The notes under the pieces are model-generated. The model ran no database searches and was not told the origin of the DNA. It was given only the letters and a program-made list of their open reading frames with translations. Made by a program: the position numbers and the translations under genes. Shown here one piece after another: positions 35,491 through 45,843 of a stretch of 64,000 nt of DNA (its first letter is position 1; each line of letters starts with the position of its first letter). Location: the IMG/VR virus record IMGVR_UViG_3300044632_001003, positions 62,001 through 126,000 of that record; one strand, written 5' to 3'.

Positions 35491-35630
35491 CCGAATACCG
35501 CAGTGACTCCCATGACCTTAGCATTAGGATTACGGGCGAGGGCAACCTGACGTGCTTCTTGGTAGTCACGTGCCTCAACAATCTCATCAAAGACCTTGCC
35601 AGCGACATAGAGTTGGACTTTGCAGCGCAT
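35487..35630 (-). CDS. 47-aa hypothetical protein (MRCKVQLYVAGKVFDEIVEARDY...)
   Basis: hand translation; AGGAGG SD; ATGA overlap. Confidence 0.7.
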   Translation of the reverse strand: MRCKVQLYVAGKVFDEIVEARDYQEARQVALARNPNAKVMGVTAVFG

Positions 35631-35672
35631 TGGGGGGATTCCTCCTGATGTGTAGGTAGTTTAGCAGAAAAC

Positions 35673-36908
35673 TCAGCGTTTGACAACGCTGATGGCAGGC
35701 AAACCCTGCTGGAACACGGTATCGACCACCGCTTGCACCTTCTTAGCGGTGCTGATGCCCACAGAAGAATAGACAGGGATGCAGACCAACCCAAAGGACT
35801 TGGTGTAGTCCTGAAGGGCACCAGGGGCGATCCTGCCGCTGCTGAGACCCTCTGCATCGTCCTTGTGCAGGCGAATCACCCGTCCGATGGTCTGGGAGAT
35901 GCCGATGTAATCCATAGAGCGCATAAACAGCACTGCCTCCAGACCAGACACGTTGATACCCTCGCTCAGGATGCTGTGATGAAGAACCACAAACTTCTTA
36001 GAGTCATCCTTGCCCCAGGCACTCAGAGTGTCGAAAAACACCTCACGATTGACCTTCTGACCATCAATCACAGCACCAGTCTTGGAAGTGATATACATCC
36101 AAGAGAACCCACGGTCTTCCAGTTGCTTACAGAAGTCAGTCTGAGAAACCAGAGAAACAATCTGCTTGGTTGCCTTAGAGCAGATGAGAACCTTGCCCAC
36201 TTCCTGAGCATCGATGGTCTGAATCAGATTCTCACAATCTACATCAGCAACAATCTGACCCTTGCTAAGAAGTTCAAACTGCTGAACAACAACCTTAGGG
36301 GGAACAATGAAACCACCCTCAACCAGTTCTGGGGCAGGCACATTGCAGATGACATTGCCATAAACGGCAGCGTCATTCATGCCAGGTTTTGCAATAGTGG
36401 CAGAATGCTTAGGAGTAGCAGTGAAGAAATAGCAGCGGTCAGCAGCAGAAGCGAAATGCTCGGTGGCAGGGAAGAAATGACGTTGGACAGAGTTGTGCGC
36501 TTCATCAAAGTAAATGGTATCAACGTGAATATCTGCCTGTTGCAGACGCTGCAGGGAGTTGTAGGTGGTGAAAATCAGTTGATGCTTATATGCACGACGA
36601 GACCAGTTATAAATCTCAGAAGGTTTGGTCGTGCTCTGGTGATGCGTCTCACCACTATGAACGTGAAGAACAGCAGCAGTCGTGATAAACTCAAGGAACT
36701 CGCTGGACAATTGCTCTGCCAGGATGATTCTCGGGCAGCACACTACAATGGTCTTCGGAGCATCAGACTGAAACTCACGCAGAGCATCAAAGATGGCAAT
36801 ATTGGTCTTGCCGCCGCCAGTCGGAATGATCACCTGACCCTTACGATACTGCAGCAAGGCATCCAGAGCACGGTGCTGGTGAGGTCGGAGTTGAATCACA
36901 GGTCTCAT
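35673..36908 (-). CDS. superfamily II (DEAD/DEAH-like) helicase, ResIII-type
   Basis: PTGGGKT, FDEAH, FTATP, ILSEGINV, QTIGRVIR. Confidence 0.9.
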   Translation of the reverse strand: MRPVIQLRPHQHRALDALLQYRKGQVIIPTGGGKTNIAIFDALREFQSDAPKTIVVCCPRIILAEQLSSEFLEFITTAAVLHVHSGETHHQSTTKPSEIYNWSRRAYKHQLIFTTYNSLQRLQQADIHVDTIYFDEAHNSVQRHFFPATEHFASAADRCYFFTATPKHSATIAKPGMNDAAVYGNVICNVPAPELVEGGFIVPPKVVVQQFELLSKGQIVADVDCENLIQTIDAQEVGKVLICSKATKQIVSLVSQTDFCKQLEDRGFSWMYITSKTGAVIDGQKVNREVFFDTLSAWGKDDSKKFVVLHHSILSEGINVSGLEAVLFMRSMDYIGISQTIGRVIRLHKDDAEGLSSGRIAPGALQDYTKSFGLVCIPVYSSVGISTAKKVQAVVDTVFQQGLPAISVVKR

Positions 36909-36921
36909 CGCGTATAGGACT

Positions 36922-36977
36922 ATTATAGCAGAAAACCGCCCCTGGTGCGACCCATGGGACAGTTCTCAAAGTGTCCT
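36922..36977 (-). promoter_or_regulatory. early promoter cassette for the helicase
   Basis: GGGACAGT-N6-AGTGTCCT 36956-36977; TATAAT 36922-36927; a further TTGACA-17-TAGACT at 37007-37035. Confidence 0.7.
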
Positions 36978-37038
36978 AGTATTTCATCTTCAACCTAGAC
37001 AAAGGTAGTCTAGTGGTATTAAAGATGATTGTCAAGTC

Positions 37039-39639
37039 TTATGCCCAAGATCCAGAAACATTTGCTGCTGATGCAGATCCAGCTGCGTATAGTTCAAAGA
37101 AAGTATTTGTAGATACGGTTGGAGCAACCACACTTCCTGCTACAGACTGTGCAAAATCAGGTCTAAATGTTCCACCAGTAGTTGCATTAGATACAAACCA
37201 TCCTTCAAGTTCAATTACATAGTTTTCTGCTGCAGTTCCAGTTGGAGTTACAGTTGTTGCAGTTACTACTGTTGCATAACCTGAAGTTTGAGATGTAGAA
37301 GAACTTTGAGTAAATGATTTATACTTGTATCCAATACTTTGTTGTGCATTACTAAATGTAAATCCAACTTGAAGTCCAGCTGCTGAACCAGATGCAGTTT
37401 TGGTCATTACATAAACCGCTCTAAACTTGTAGAGAGTATTTGCTAATAAAGTTGCAGTATCATTTGCGGCAGGGAAAACCGCTTCAAGTGTATTATTATT
37501 AGTTGCCTTTGTTCTATCAGATGCAATTCTTACAACTTCTGGTGATAGTAGTCCAACCCAAGCAGTTCCACTGTATCCCTGGAATTGTCCAATAGTGTTA
37601 TTGAACAGAAGACCACCAGCAATTCTATTGATTGTTGCAATGTTTGTTGTTGGGTTTGGCTCATTTGGTAGAATTGCATATGGATTGGTAACCGATGTCC
37701 CAACTCTTGCAACTCCTAAGTCAAGAACTGCTCTTGGGGAGAACGTTCCATATCCAACTCCACTATCACCATGCATAGTGACAATGTTATCAAAGAATGC
37801 AGAACCGCCTCTATGAACTTGGAAAGATGGTATGTAAGCACCTGGTGGGAAATACATTCCAGTAGTTCCAATTCCTACACCTGTACATCCAATCGTCCCT
37901 ACTGCAAACAATGAATGATCAAAAAGTTCATTATAATCTGTACCAATACCAACACCAGACGTTAATACACGTCCCCCATATCTTGCATCAATTGCTACGA
38001 TTGGATTGTCTGTTCCAATACCAATCGAAGTAACACCAATTCTGTAGAATGTTGAAACACCAACACTATTGTTTAATTGAATTCCATTTAGAACATTTGG
38101 TAGTTGTATTTGCTGTGATGCTGAAGTAACAATACCAGCAACGATCAAATTACCACCAATATATGTGTCTCCAGTGATGGTCGATGTACCAACAACATGT
38201 AGTTTATATCCTGGATTTGTAATTCCCAGACCAAGATTTCCTTGGTATGTTAGGGACATTAATTCTTGATTGCCTTGCCCATAAACCCAGTTAAACCTAC
38301 CAGTATTAATTCCTGCGCCACCAGCATGAATATAATGATTTACGTTTCCAGTGTCATTGTGTCTAATTTCAAATATTTTAGATGAATAACGAAGAACTGT
38401 AGAACTGTTACCAGCACCGATAGAACTACCAAGAGATAGTCTTGTTGCACCATCTTGGCTAATAATTTCAAATAATGATTCTGTTGGTTTAATAAACTGA
38501 TATTCTGATGATGGAATTGCAGTTCCAATACCAAAGCGACCATTATTTGCTAAGGTAAATAAAGTTCCACCAGTACCAACGTGGAGATATTCTGTAACTG
38601 TAGAAATTCCAGTTGTTGAAATAGATGATTTTAATTCAGTAACAGTTGTGACACCTGATACTAATACATTTCCTAATACACTAACTTTTGATGTTGGATT
38701 TGTCGTGCCTAATCCAATATTAGAAGATGCTGAAGGAATTAACGAAATATGATTTCTAGTTCCGTTTGTTTCTACTTTTAGCGGTCTATCATATGAATAA
38801 ATGTTTTGATATCCATTATCAGATGGCCCTTCACCAATCAACATACCATCAGTTGCTGTATTTCCAGTTATTGTGGAAATAAATCTTGCGTATGAATTAA
38901 AGAAGGTTAATCCATCAATTAAGGAGGAATCTCCTGTTGTTCCAATAAAAGCTCTTCCAGCACCATCGATTGCAAATGGGCTACTATCTGGAGAACCAGA
39001 GTCTTCAACCAGTAATGAAAGTCCCGATCCAAGTTGAGTAATTCTTACAAGAGGTTGTGTTGTGTTTGCAAAGATTGAAGTAACACCAGTGATTCCTGCA
39101 TCAACACCAACGAATTGCAATTGTCTAGTTGTTACAATTCCAGTTGCTTTTATATTACCTGTTGAATTAATTCCAACCCCTTGCTGAGAACCATCTGGAT
39201 TTCCACCAATTTGCAAGGAAAAATTAGGATAAGTTGTAGCGATTCCAACATTACCAGATGCATAGATGCTTGTATATCCAAATCCAGGATCAACATCAAC
39301 CCATTGTGATGTTGGTAGATTTAATAATTTTCCACCATCTCCATAATATGTTATAATACCAGAAGTGGTTGTAGCAGTAATAATACCAGTGCTGCTAAAC
39401 GAAGATATACCTACTCTTAAATTTCCAATAGAAGTCGTTAATCCTGAAACGTATATATTTTCTACCCAAATATTCTTAATCGTTGCTAATCCAACAACTT
39501 TTGCAGTTCCTCTAACATCTAAAAATTCAGTCGGCACCGAAGTTCCGATGCCGACCAATCCATTTGGATTTACAACGAAATTATCATCATCAACCTGAAC
39601 ACCATTTTTAAAATTAAAAGACTTCCTGTAATTTGCCAT
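37039..39639 (-). CDS. tail fibre/virion structural protein
   Basis: repeated VGIGTxxP motifs; late promoter ATAAATA 39657-39663. Confidence 0.8.
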   Translation of the reverse strand: MANYRKSFNFKNGVQVDDDNFVVNPNGLVGIGTSVPTEFLDVRGTAKVVGLATIKNIWVENIYVSGLTTSIGNLRVGISSFSSTGIITATTTSGIITYYGDGGKLLNLPTSQWVDVDPGFGYTSIYASGNVGIATTYPNFSLQIGGNPDGSQQGVGINSTGNIKATGIVTTRQLQFVGVDAGITGVTSIFANTTQPLVRITQLGSGLSLLVEDSGSPDSSPFAIDGAGRAFIGTTGDSSLIDGLTFFNSYARFISTITGNTATDGMLIGEGPSDNGYQNIYSYDRPLKVETNGTRNHISLIPSASSNIGLGTTNPTSKVSVLGNVLVSGVTTVTELKSSISTTGISTVTEYLHVGTGGTLFTLANNGRFGIGTAIPSSEYQFIKPTESLFEIISQDGATRLSLGSSIGAGNSSTVLRYSSKIFEIRHNDTGNVNHYIHAGGAGINTGRFNWVYGQGNQELMSLTYQGNLGLGITNPGYKLHVVGTSTITGDTYIGGNLIVAGIVTSASQQIQLPNVLNGIQLNNSVGVSTFYRIGVTSIGIGTDNPIVAIDARYGGRVLTSGVGIGTDYNELFDHSLFAVGTIGCTGVGIGTTGMYFPPGAYIPSFQVHRGGSAFFDNIVTMHGDSGVGYGTFSPRAVLDLGVARVGTSVTNPYAILPNEPNPTTNIATINRIAGGLLFNNTIGQFQGYSGTAWVGLLSPEVVRIASDRTKATNNNTLEAVFPAANDTATLLANTLYKFRAVYVMTKTASGSAAGLQVGFTFSNAQQSIGYKYKSFTQSSSTSQTSGYATVVTATTVTPTGTAAENYVIELEGWFVSNATTGGTFRPDFAQSVAGSVVAPTVSTNTFFELYAAGSASAANVSGSWA

Positions 39640-39655
39640 CTTATATGGTTTTTAG

Positions 39656-42600
39656 TTATTTATCTGATAATTTTTGCTCAAGATCACCGACTCTTGCAGA
39701 AAGTTCTTTAACTGCTTCAACTAGAAGTGGAATAATCTTTTCATATCTAACAGCGAGATAACCATTGTCTCTTGTAGTTACTGCTTCAGGTAGAACCTCT
39801 AAGATTTCTTGTGCGATAACACCAACATCATTACCTTCTTTACCTGATTTCTCATTCCAAGTGTAAGTATTACCACTAATTGAAAGAACCTTAGCAAGAG
39901 GATCATCAATTGGGGTTATGTTATCTTTCAGTCTTTGGTCAGAAGTATAGAATGCAGTAATATCACCAGTTACATTTAGTTCTCCACTGATTGTAGTGTT
40001 GGTGCTGATTGAAACGCTGCTTCCAATCGAAGCATTGATAACTAGGTTTCCACCTCTTGTATCGATTGTTGTTGTTCCTGCAACACCAATTCTAATACCA
40101 TCAATGTAAGCCTCTTCAAATGCTCCACCAACAGTACCAATATAAGCACCCTTATCAACATCAGGAATAATACCAGTGTTAATTGTAACAATATCATCGA
40201 GAGTTGATTTTCCATCAACTCCAAGACCACCGCTTACAACTAATGCACCAGTTGTCTTACTTGTAGATTCAGTAACATTGGTAATTTTAACAATTCCAGT
40301 AATTGAAGCACTGTTTCTAATTCTGACTTCTTTATTAAAGGTTACAGGTCCATCAAACTGTGATAGAACAGTTCCAGACTTGCCACCCTCAACTCTTAGA
40401 CGCTCCTTAATTAGAACTTCATCAAAGATAACACTCAAACGACCACTTTCTTGTCCAGTGACAGTTGGTACTGGAACGTCAAAGGTAATTTCTTGCCCTG
40501 TTGCGGAACTAGATTTCTTATTACCAATATAGAAATCACCATCACTATTCATTCCAGTATATACAACAACACCAGCAGATCTCTTCTGAGATTGTGCTAA
40601 GAATGATTCTTTTTCTGTTAGTGATCTAACTTGTACTTGTGGGAGACCAGTTGAATAGTTACCAGGACCAAATCCAAGATATTCAAATGTATGACCAGAT
40701 GCACGAATGATTGAAGGTCTTCTCAGTTCGATTGCTAGTGGTCTAATCTTTCTAGCGATCGATCCTGTATTATGAGTTTCTTTACTCGTTCCAAATACAC
40801 CACGAATAACTACTAATTGATTATTTGAAGATCCAGTGAATTCTGATCCACTGATTCTCATGATTTCATTATCAACTTGAATATAAGAACCAAGTGGGAA
40901 TCTAGTCAGAGTTGAAAGACCACAAATAGTAGATCCAGAAACTGTTATGCTTGACCCAGACTCAATCGTTGCACCCAAGAAGAATTTCTCATTATCATAG
41001 AAGAATGTTCCTCTAGATGCTATATTTTCAGTGGTAGAATCTGAAACAGCATCATTTGAAGACAGTCCATGCTTGAGAATATATTTTGCAGAACTTAATG
41101 TAGTTGAAGTTGCGACAGTAAATGTATTAACACCTACTTTTTCATTAACAATATAATCACCAAGATTATTATTATTACTATCAATAAACTTAAATTTGGA
41201 ACCAGCTGTTAAATTATGTGCAAATGATGATGTAAATGTCGTAATTCCCAACACTGGACCAGCAACAGTTGTAACTGGAACTGATGGTCCAAGATTAATT
41301 ATATAATGACCAGTATGAATTTGTGGGTCTGCAGCAGTAATCGCTACAGAAATCTGAGTTTTTGAAGGAATAGATGCAATTCTGTAATACCCATCACCTG
41401 TTGTTCCAATACCAGTAACTTGAACAACATCTCCAAGGTTAGTCGAAATACCAGTTGAAGCGATTGTCAATCCAGCACCTACACCTACACCAATTACAGA
41501 TGTATCAAAATCTAGTTCTTCACCATCAGTATATCCAGATCCTCTGGAAAGAATCTTAACATCGGTGATTGTTCCACCACTGGATACAATAACCTTAGCA
41601 GTTGCTCCATCCCAAGTAGAAGTACCATTGTTAAAGAGTTTTACGTTATAATGTGTTCCAGCATTGTAACCACTACCACCAGAGAATGAACTATAAGTCG
41701 TAACACCTGCAAATCCATGCTCACGTCCAAGTGTAATCGTTGCAGTACCAGAATTTACGGAAGCAAAAGAAGTGGAAACTGCAACAATTGGTAGTCCAAT
41801 TCCAAAATCTTGTGTAAATAAATCTAGAGATTCTTTAGTAATACTCTTTTTAAGGTCATCAGTTACAACATCACCAATTGGACTTCTCTTTGCGTAAGTA
41901 TTTGCAGCAAAAGGATTGTCATCTACATTATCTTTATCAAGTTGTGGATATAAATCTGTTACATTTTGTGCATATTTTAAATTTGTAAATTCTTCAGGTA
42001 CGCTATTATTTGCGTTTAAGAGGTATGCATGATAGATACCATCTTGTACGTCCTTAATGTATGGACGAATGATTTCTGAACGATATACAAAATAATTTTT
42101 ATTTACATCACTTCTTTCGAATCTGGGTAGATTTGTATTTCTGGTTGCAGTATTACTTGTAAATGTACCTGGACTGTGAGTTACTCCAGTAACATCAACT
42201 GTCGAATATCTAAATGTATGGTCATCAACGATACCAGTAATTGCAAACTTACCATTATATCCCTCATTTGATAGTCCGCCAGTATTCGTGCTACTTCTAA
42301 CACTCTTAATATTAACTAGGTTTCCAACTTGTAAGTTATGTGGTAATTCAGTTGTTACAGTTACGATTCCTGTAGTACCAGTAATACATGTACTAATAAA
42401 TCTTGGATTTCTATGATAATCATAGTCAGTTGCACCAATACTTACTCTACCAGGATCTCCATCATTTCTATATCCAGTAGAACTTGATTCTTGAACAATA
42501 AATGTTTCTGCAGGTGCCTTAGCATTCTCTGCGTCTTTAGGTACAACAATTCTTATCTTATAGAGTTTCTCATCTAGACTTCTGGAATCATCAAATCTTT

Positions 42601-44938
42601 TTACGAAAGTGTTATCAGTTTTCTCACCCAGAATTCCAATACCATAAGTTGCAAATGCATTGTAAATTGGGTTGTTATGCGTACTGTGGATATACCAGTT
42701 TGAGCGGAAAGAGTCCCACTGTACTGGATGTCCTACATCTCCAGATGCTTTGTCAGAAACTCTACTCTGAATCTTGAGTTTTGATCCACCATATACTGTA
42801 ACTTCTACATTATTATCAGCATTTGCTTTTGATGAAGCTACTTTAATTGTTGTGCTGGACGAACGAATCGCATAATAAACTCTATGCGAAACAATATTTT
42901 CTGGGAGATCTCCATCATCACTTGTAATGTAAATACTTTCACCAGTTAAGATGTCATGTGCTCCGATAGTGAAAACATTACTAGTAGGACCTGAGGTTAC
43001 TCTATATTCCTTATAAGCTACGTTTGTTCCTAAAGCAGTGGTTCCAATGCCAATAACATTATTAACCATGCAGATATTAGCACCAAATGTGCCAATACCA
43101 CTTCCTAAATTAACATAAAGTTTGTCATCTCTTCTAGCACCAACTCGATATCCTTGAGTAAGAATAGGTGGGGAATCATCTTGGTTATTAAATCCATAAA
43201 GATAAAGATGACTTGAGATTCCAACAGAAGTTGTAAGTCCAACGTCTAGGGATTGCCAATCAATGTCTGCCTCATCAGATTTAACTGCTCTTGGACCAAC
43301 AATTGCAGAAATATAAGCCTTATTATCCTTGTCAAATGCTTCTGCTCTAAATCCATCAGAAGTTAGAGAGAATTGACCAAAGTTTGAGTTTGAGTTGGTA
43401 ATCGATGCGTCACCACCAGACTCGGTATTAAAATGGTTAGTAAATCCAATAGCAAACACAGATACAATCTGAATGATTGAATCATTCGACATTTTAATAT
43501 GATTGGTTTCCCAACCTGTTCTATAGACTGCGCTTGAATCTAAGTGATAGACTTTATCCTTATCTAAAGAAGAAGCACCTGCCGATAATTCTGCTCCCGT
43601 CTTTTTAGTAATAGTTATTGATTCGTAGTTTCTATCTACTTCATCATATTTTACAAATGCCCTATCATCTTTTTGTAGAGAAACACCTGTAAATTGTGCA
43701 ACAACCATTGAACGGAAACCTGATGCTTTGCTACCATCAGCGTACATTCCATTCATGCCATAAACTGATCTTAGCGAACAGTTGAAGACATAAGGAGAAG
43801 CACCAGAAACAGTATCCGTTTCAATCGTAACTGTTGCACCACTAACATCTGGAAGTGTTAGTAGATTTGGTTGAACATATGGGAGAACATATGTAAAGGT
43901 ATTTGCATTAATTACACTTTGTACCTTTGTAGAAATATTGTAATCATTTACTCCATCAGCAAGACCAACACCCTTAATCTTAATTGGTGTTCCTTCATTG
44001 AACTTATGTTCTAAAACAGTAGTTACTGTAATGATAGGACCAGCAGTTCCACCACTACCAGATTCAATTCTTGCAATCGTTAATGTATCAGCAGCGAACG
44101 CACCAACAATCTCCCATTCTGCTCTTTGCTTAGCGAATCCGCCTGCGTCATCTGGATATTTTTCTGGAATATCTCTTACCGAATTGAATGCATTTGACAA
44201 TTTGCTATAATACATGTCAAGATCGGTTAAATCATAACCGACCACTTCATTTACACCATCAGCATACTCAAAGCAAGTTAGTTTATGGTGAGAAAATGTT
44301 GGGACTGAACGATTATTTTCAGAAAAATCTATATTATCGGTATAAACAGTTCCAGTCTCACTACCATCAAAAATTGTAAATTGCCAAAGATAACAAGTAC
44401 CAGTTAGCCTAAAAATAGCAGATCGAGGAACATTTGAATCTGTGGGATTTGGTACATACTTTGGTCTTATTTTTGTTTTTCTTAGGTCTAAACCAACTAA
44501 TGATGTACCTCTTGGTATAATAACTCCACCATTAACGCTGTTAAATTTGTAGAGAATATTTCCAACTTGGTTAAGGTCAAAGTTAGAATCTAAATTGAGT
44601 GCAATCTGTTCGGATGGAGTTGAGATTGTACCCGAAGGTGACTTAACTTTTACACCAAGTGCGGGGTCATTATAAATCGCAAATCCTGGTCTATTATCAA
44701 TTAAATGCTCACCTGGAAAAAGTAAAATTGTAGTTTTTTCAATCGCATCATTATTATTACCTTTTAAGTATGAGAATCTTGCAGACTCTAGTAACGCCCT
44801 TTGTATTGTTTTAAATGGCTTAGCAAGAGAATTTCCTTGATTCTCGATGCTATCCGTTGCTTCAAGATCGTTTGGATTTACATATAGAATACGACCTTCA
44901 GTATTTTTAATAAAATTATCTAATTTATTAAGAGGCAT
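39656..44938 (-). CDS. large virion/tail fibre protein with an N-terminal beta-helix-type start and a C-terminal intramolecular chaperone (peptidase S74)
   Basis: YVNPND...PFKTIQRAL; C-terminal SDQRLKDNI...GVIAQEI...VRYEKIIPLLVEAVKEL; late promoter 44971-44977. Confidence 0.85.
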   Translation of the reverse strand: MPLNKLDNFIKNTEGRILYVNPNDLEATDSIENQGNSLAKPFKTIQRALLESARFSYLKGNNNDAIEKTTILLFPGEHLIDNRPGFAIYNDPALGVKVKSPSGTISTPSEQIALNLDSNFDLNQVGNILYKFNSVNGGVIIPRGTSLVGLDLRKTKIRPKYVPNPTDSNVPRSAIFRLTGTCYLWQFTIFDGSETGTVYTDNIDFSENNRSVPTFSHHKLTCFEYADGVNEVVGYDLTDLDMYYSKLSNAFNSVRDIPEKYPDDAGGFAKQRAEWEIVGAFAADTLTIARIESGSGGTAGPIITVTTVLEHKFNEGTPIKIKGVGLADGVNDYNISTKVQSVINANTFTYVLPYVQPNLLTLPDVSGATVTIETDTVSGASPYVFNCSLRSVYGMNGMYADGSKASGFRSMVVAQFTGVSLQKDDRAFVKYDEVDRNYESITITKKTGAELSAGASSLDKDKVYHLDSSAVYRTGWETNHIKMSNDSIIQIVSVFAIGFTNHFNTESGGDASITNSNSNFGQFSLTSDGFRAEAFDKDNKAYISAIVGPRAVKSDEADIDWQSLDVGLTTSVGISSHLYLYGFNNQDDSPPILTQGYRVGARRDDKLYVNLGSGIGTFGANICMVNNVIGIGTTALGTNVAYKEYRVTSGPTSNVFTIGAHDILTGESIYITSDDGDLPENIVSHRVYYAIRSSSTTIKVASSKANADNNVEVTVYGGSKLKIQSRVSDKASGDVGHPVQWDSFRSNWYIHSTHNNPIYNAFATYGIGILGEKTDNTFVKRFDDSRSLDEKLYKIRIVVPKDAENAKAPAETFIVQESSSTGYRNDGDPGRVSIGATDYDYHRNPRFISTCITGTTGIVTVTTELPHNLQVGNLVNIKSVRSSTNTGGLSNEGYNGKFAITGIVDDHTFRYSTVDVTGVTHSPGTFTSNTATRNTNLPRFERSDVNKNYFVYRSEIIRPYIKDVQDGIYHAYLLNANNSVPEEFTNLKYAQNVTDLYPQLDKDNVDDNPFAANTYAKRSPIGDVVTDDLKKSITKESLDLFTQDFGIGLPIVAVSTSFASVNSGTATITLGREHGFAGVTTYSSFSGGSGYNAGTHYNVKLFNNGTSTWDGATAKVIVSSGGTITDVKILSRGSGYTDGEELDFDTSVIGVGVGAGLTIASTGISTNLGDVVQVTGIGTTGDGYYRIASIPSKTQISVAITAADPQIHTGHYIINLGPSVPVTTVAGPVLGITTFTSSFAHNLTAGSKFKFIDSNNNNLGDYIVNEKVGVNTFTVATSTTLSSAKYILKHGLSSNDAVSDSTTENIASRGTFFYDNEKFFLGATIESGSSITVSGSTICGLSTLTRFPLGSYIQVDNEIMRISGSEFTGSSNNQLVVIRGVFGTSKETHNTGSIARKIRPLAIELRRPSIIRASGHTFEYLGFGPGNYSTGLPQVQVRSLTEKESFLAQSQKRSAGVVVYTGMNSDGDFYIGNKKSSSATGQEITFDVPVPTVTGQESGRLSVIFDEVLIKERLRVEGGKSGTVLSQFDGPVTFNKEVRIRNSASITGIVKITNVTESTSKTTGALVVSGGLGVDGKSTLDDIVTINTGIIPDVDKGAYIGTVGGAFEEAYIDGIRIGVAGTTTIDTRGGNLVINASIGSSVSISTNTTISGELNVTGDITAFYTSDQRLKDNITPIDDPLAKVLSISGNTYTWNEKSGKEGNDVGVIAQEILEVLPEAVTTRDNGYLAVRYEKIIPLLVEAVKELSARVGDLEQKLSDK

Positions 44939-44973
44939 TGGATTATTACGACCAGAATATTTCTATGTTCTAT

Positions 44974-45279
44974 TTAGCTGGTCAAATCCTCCTCATCATG
45001 TTCATATTCTAAATCATCTGGTAAGTCTTCTGGGTTTTCTAAATCCACTGCGAAGAAGCAAGGATGTACCTCTTCATCAATTAGATAGAAAGAGTTCCTG
45101 TACAAGTCTTCTGGCTCAAAAGACCTTTCTTTATCTGCTAATCTACAAAGATCTTGGTCATATAAATGTCCGTCTGGAAGTTCGTCGAATGTAAATGGAA
45201 CGTGATTAATAAAGTACATCTTCACGATCATACTGCCATTATTGTACCAGCAGTATGCGTGATCGATACGATAAGACAT
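44974..45279 (-). CDS. hypothetical protein
   Basis: 101-aa track ORF. Confidence 0.75.
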   Translation of the reverse strand: MSYRIDHAYCWYNNGSMIVKMYFINHVPFTFDELPDGHLYDQDLCRLADKERSFEPEDLYRNSFYLIDEEVHPCFFAVDLENPEDLPDDLEYEHDEEDLTS

Positions 45280-45310
45280 TGGGTTTTCCCATATCTTATA
45301 TTTATTTTTA

Positions 45311-45383
45311 TACCCGTGAGTGGATTCGAACCACCGCTTGGAACATTTTAAGTGTTCTGCCTCTTCCGCTGGGCTACACGGGC
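45311..45383 (-). tRNA. trnL: tRNA-Leu(UAA) with a short (5-nt) variable loop, no intron, no encoded CCA
   Basis: GCCCGTG/CACGGGT acceptor, GAACA-CTTAAAA-TGTTC anticodon arm, GGTGG-TTCGAAT-CCACT T arm. Confidence 0.85.
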
Positions 45384-45482
45384 GTGTATTTTTTGTTTGA
45401 TGCCGTGTGTTTGTGAGACTAAATCAAAACCGTTTGATAGATGCCCCACTGGATTCTATCATAAGTTTTGAACCACGACAAG

Positions 45483-45555
45483 TGCAGGTTGCGAGGATTG
45501 AACTCGCCTTCGCCGCTTTATGAGAACGGTCCATTCACCAGATTGGTAAACCTGC
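45483..45555 (-). tRNA. tRNA with CAU anticodon (Met or Ile2)
   Basis: GCAGGTT/AACCTGC acceptor, CCGTT-CTCATAA-AGCGG, GCGAG-TTCAATC-CTCGC. Confidence 0.85.
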
Positions 45556-45559
45556 ACGA

Positions 45560-45647
45560 TACGAGTGCCTGGATTCGAACCAGGTCAAAGCCGCTAATCT
45601 GGCGGAAAGAGTTTATAAGACTCCTCTGACTACCAAGTCTCACTCGC
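45560..45647 (-). tRNA. trnI: atypical tRNA with UAU anticodon (Ile), minimal D-arm and long variable arm
   Basis: GCGAGTG/CACTCGT acceptor, GACT-TGGT-AGTC, GGAGT-CTTATAA-ACTCT, CCGC/GCGG variable stem, CCTGG-TTCGAAT-CCAGG. Confidence 0.75.
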
Positions 45648-45655
45648 TTCTGCGT

Positions 45656-45829
45656 TTATGATGCCTCGTTGTTTAACTCAGTGTGTATTCGTATGAGGTC
45701 ATCATCCACAGGTATCATAACCGCTGCTTGCCCATTCTCGTTAATTATACCTAAATGCTCTCCATTTTCAACTCGTTCCATCAGTTCATCAAACCTCTCT
45801 TGAAACTCTTCCACAGTGAAAACTTCCAT
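45656..45829 (-). CDS. 57-aa Phd/YefM antitoxin-like protein
   Basis: hand translation MEVFTVEEFQERFDELMERVENGEHLGIINENGQAAVMIP... Confidence 0.6.
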   Translation of the reverse strand: MEVFTVEEFQERFDELMERVENGEHLGIINENGQAAVMIPVDDDLIRIHTELNNEAS

Positions 45830-45843
45830 TTTTGTGTTTTTAT

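Noticed and set aside
35733-36917. 394-aa plus-strand ORF, and similar ones at 876..1568, 1899..2648, 3729..4451 and 47381..48241
   Set aside because: They are in-register antisense shadows of real minus-strand genes caused by codon bias, with no recognisable protein features or promoters
45311-45383. Group I intron in tRNA-Leu(UAA), as in many cyanobacteria
   Set aside because: The anticodon loop CTTAAAA is uninterrupted
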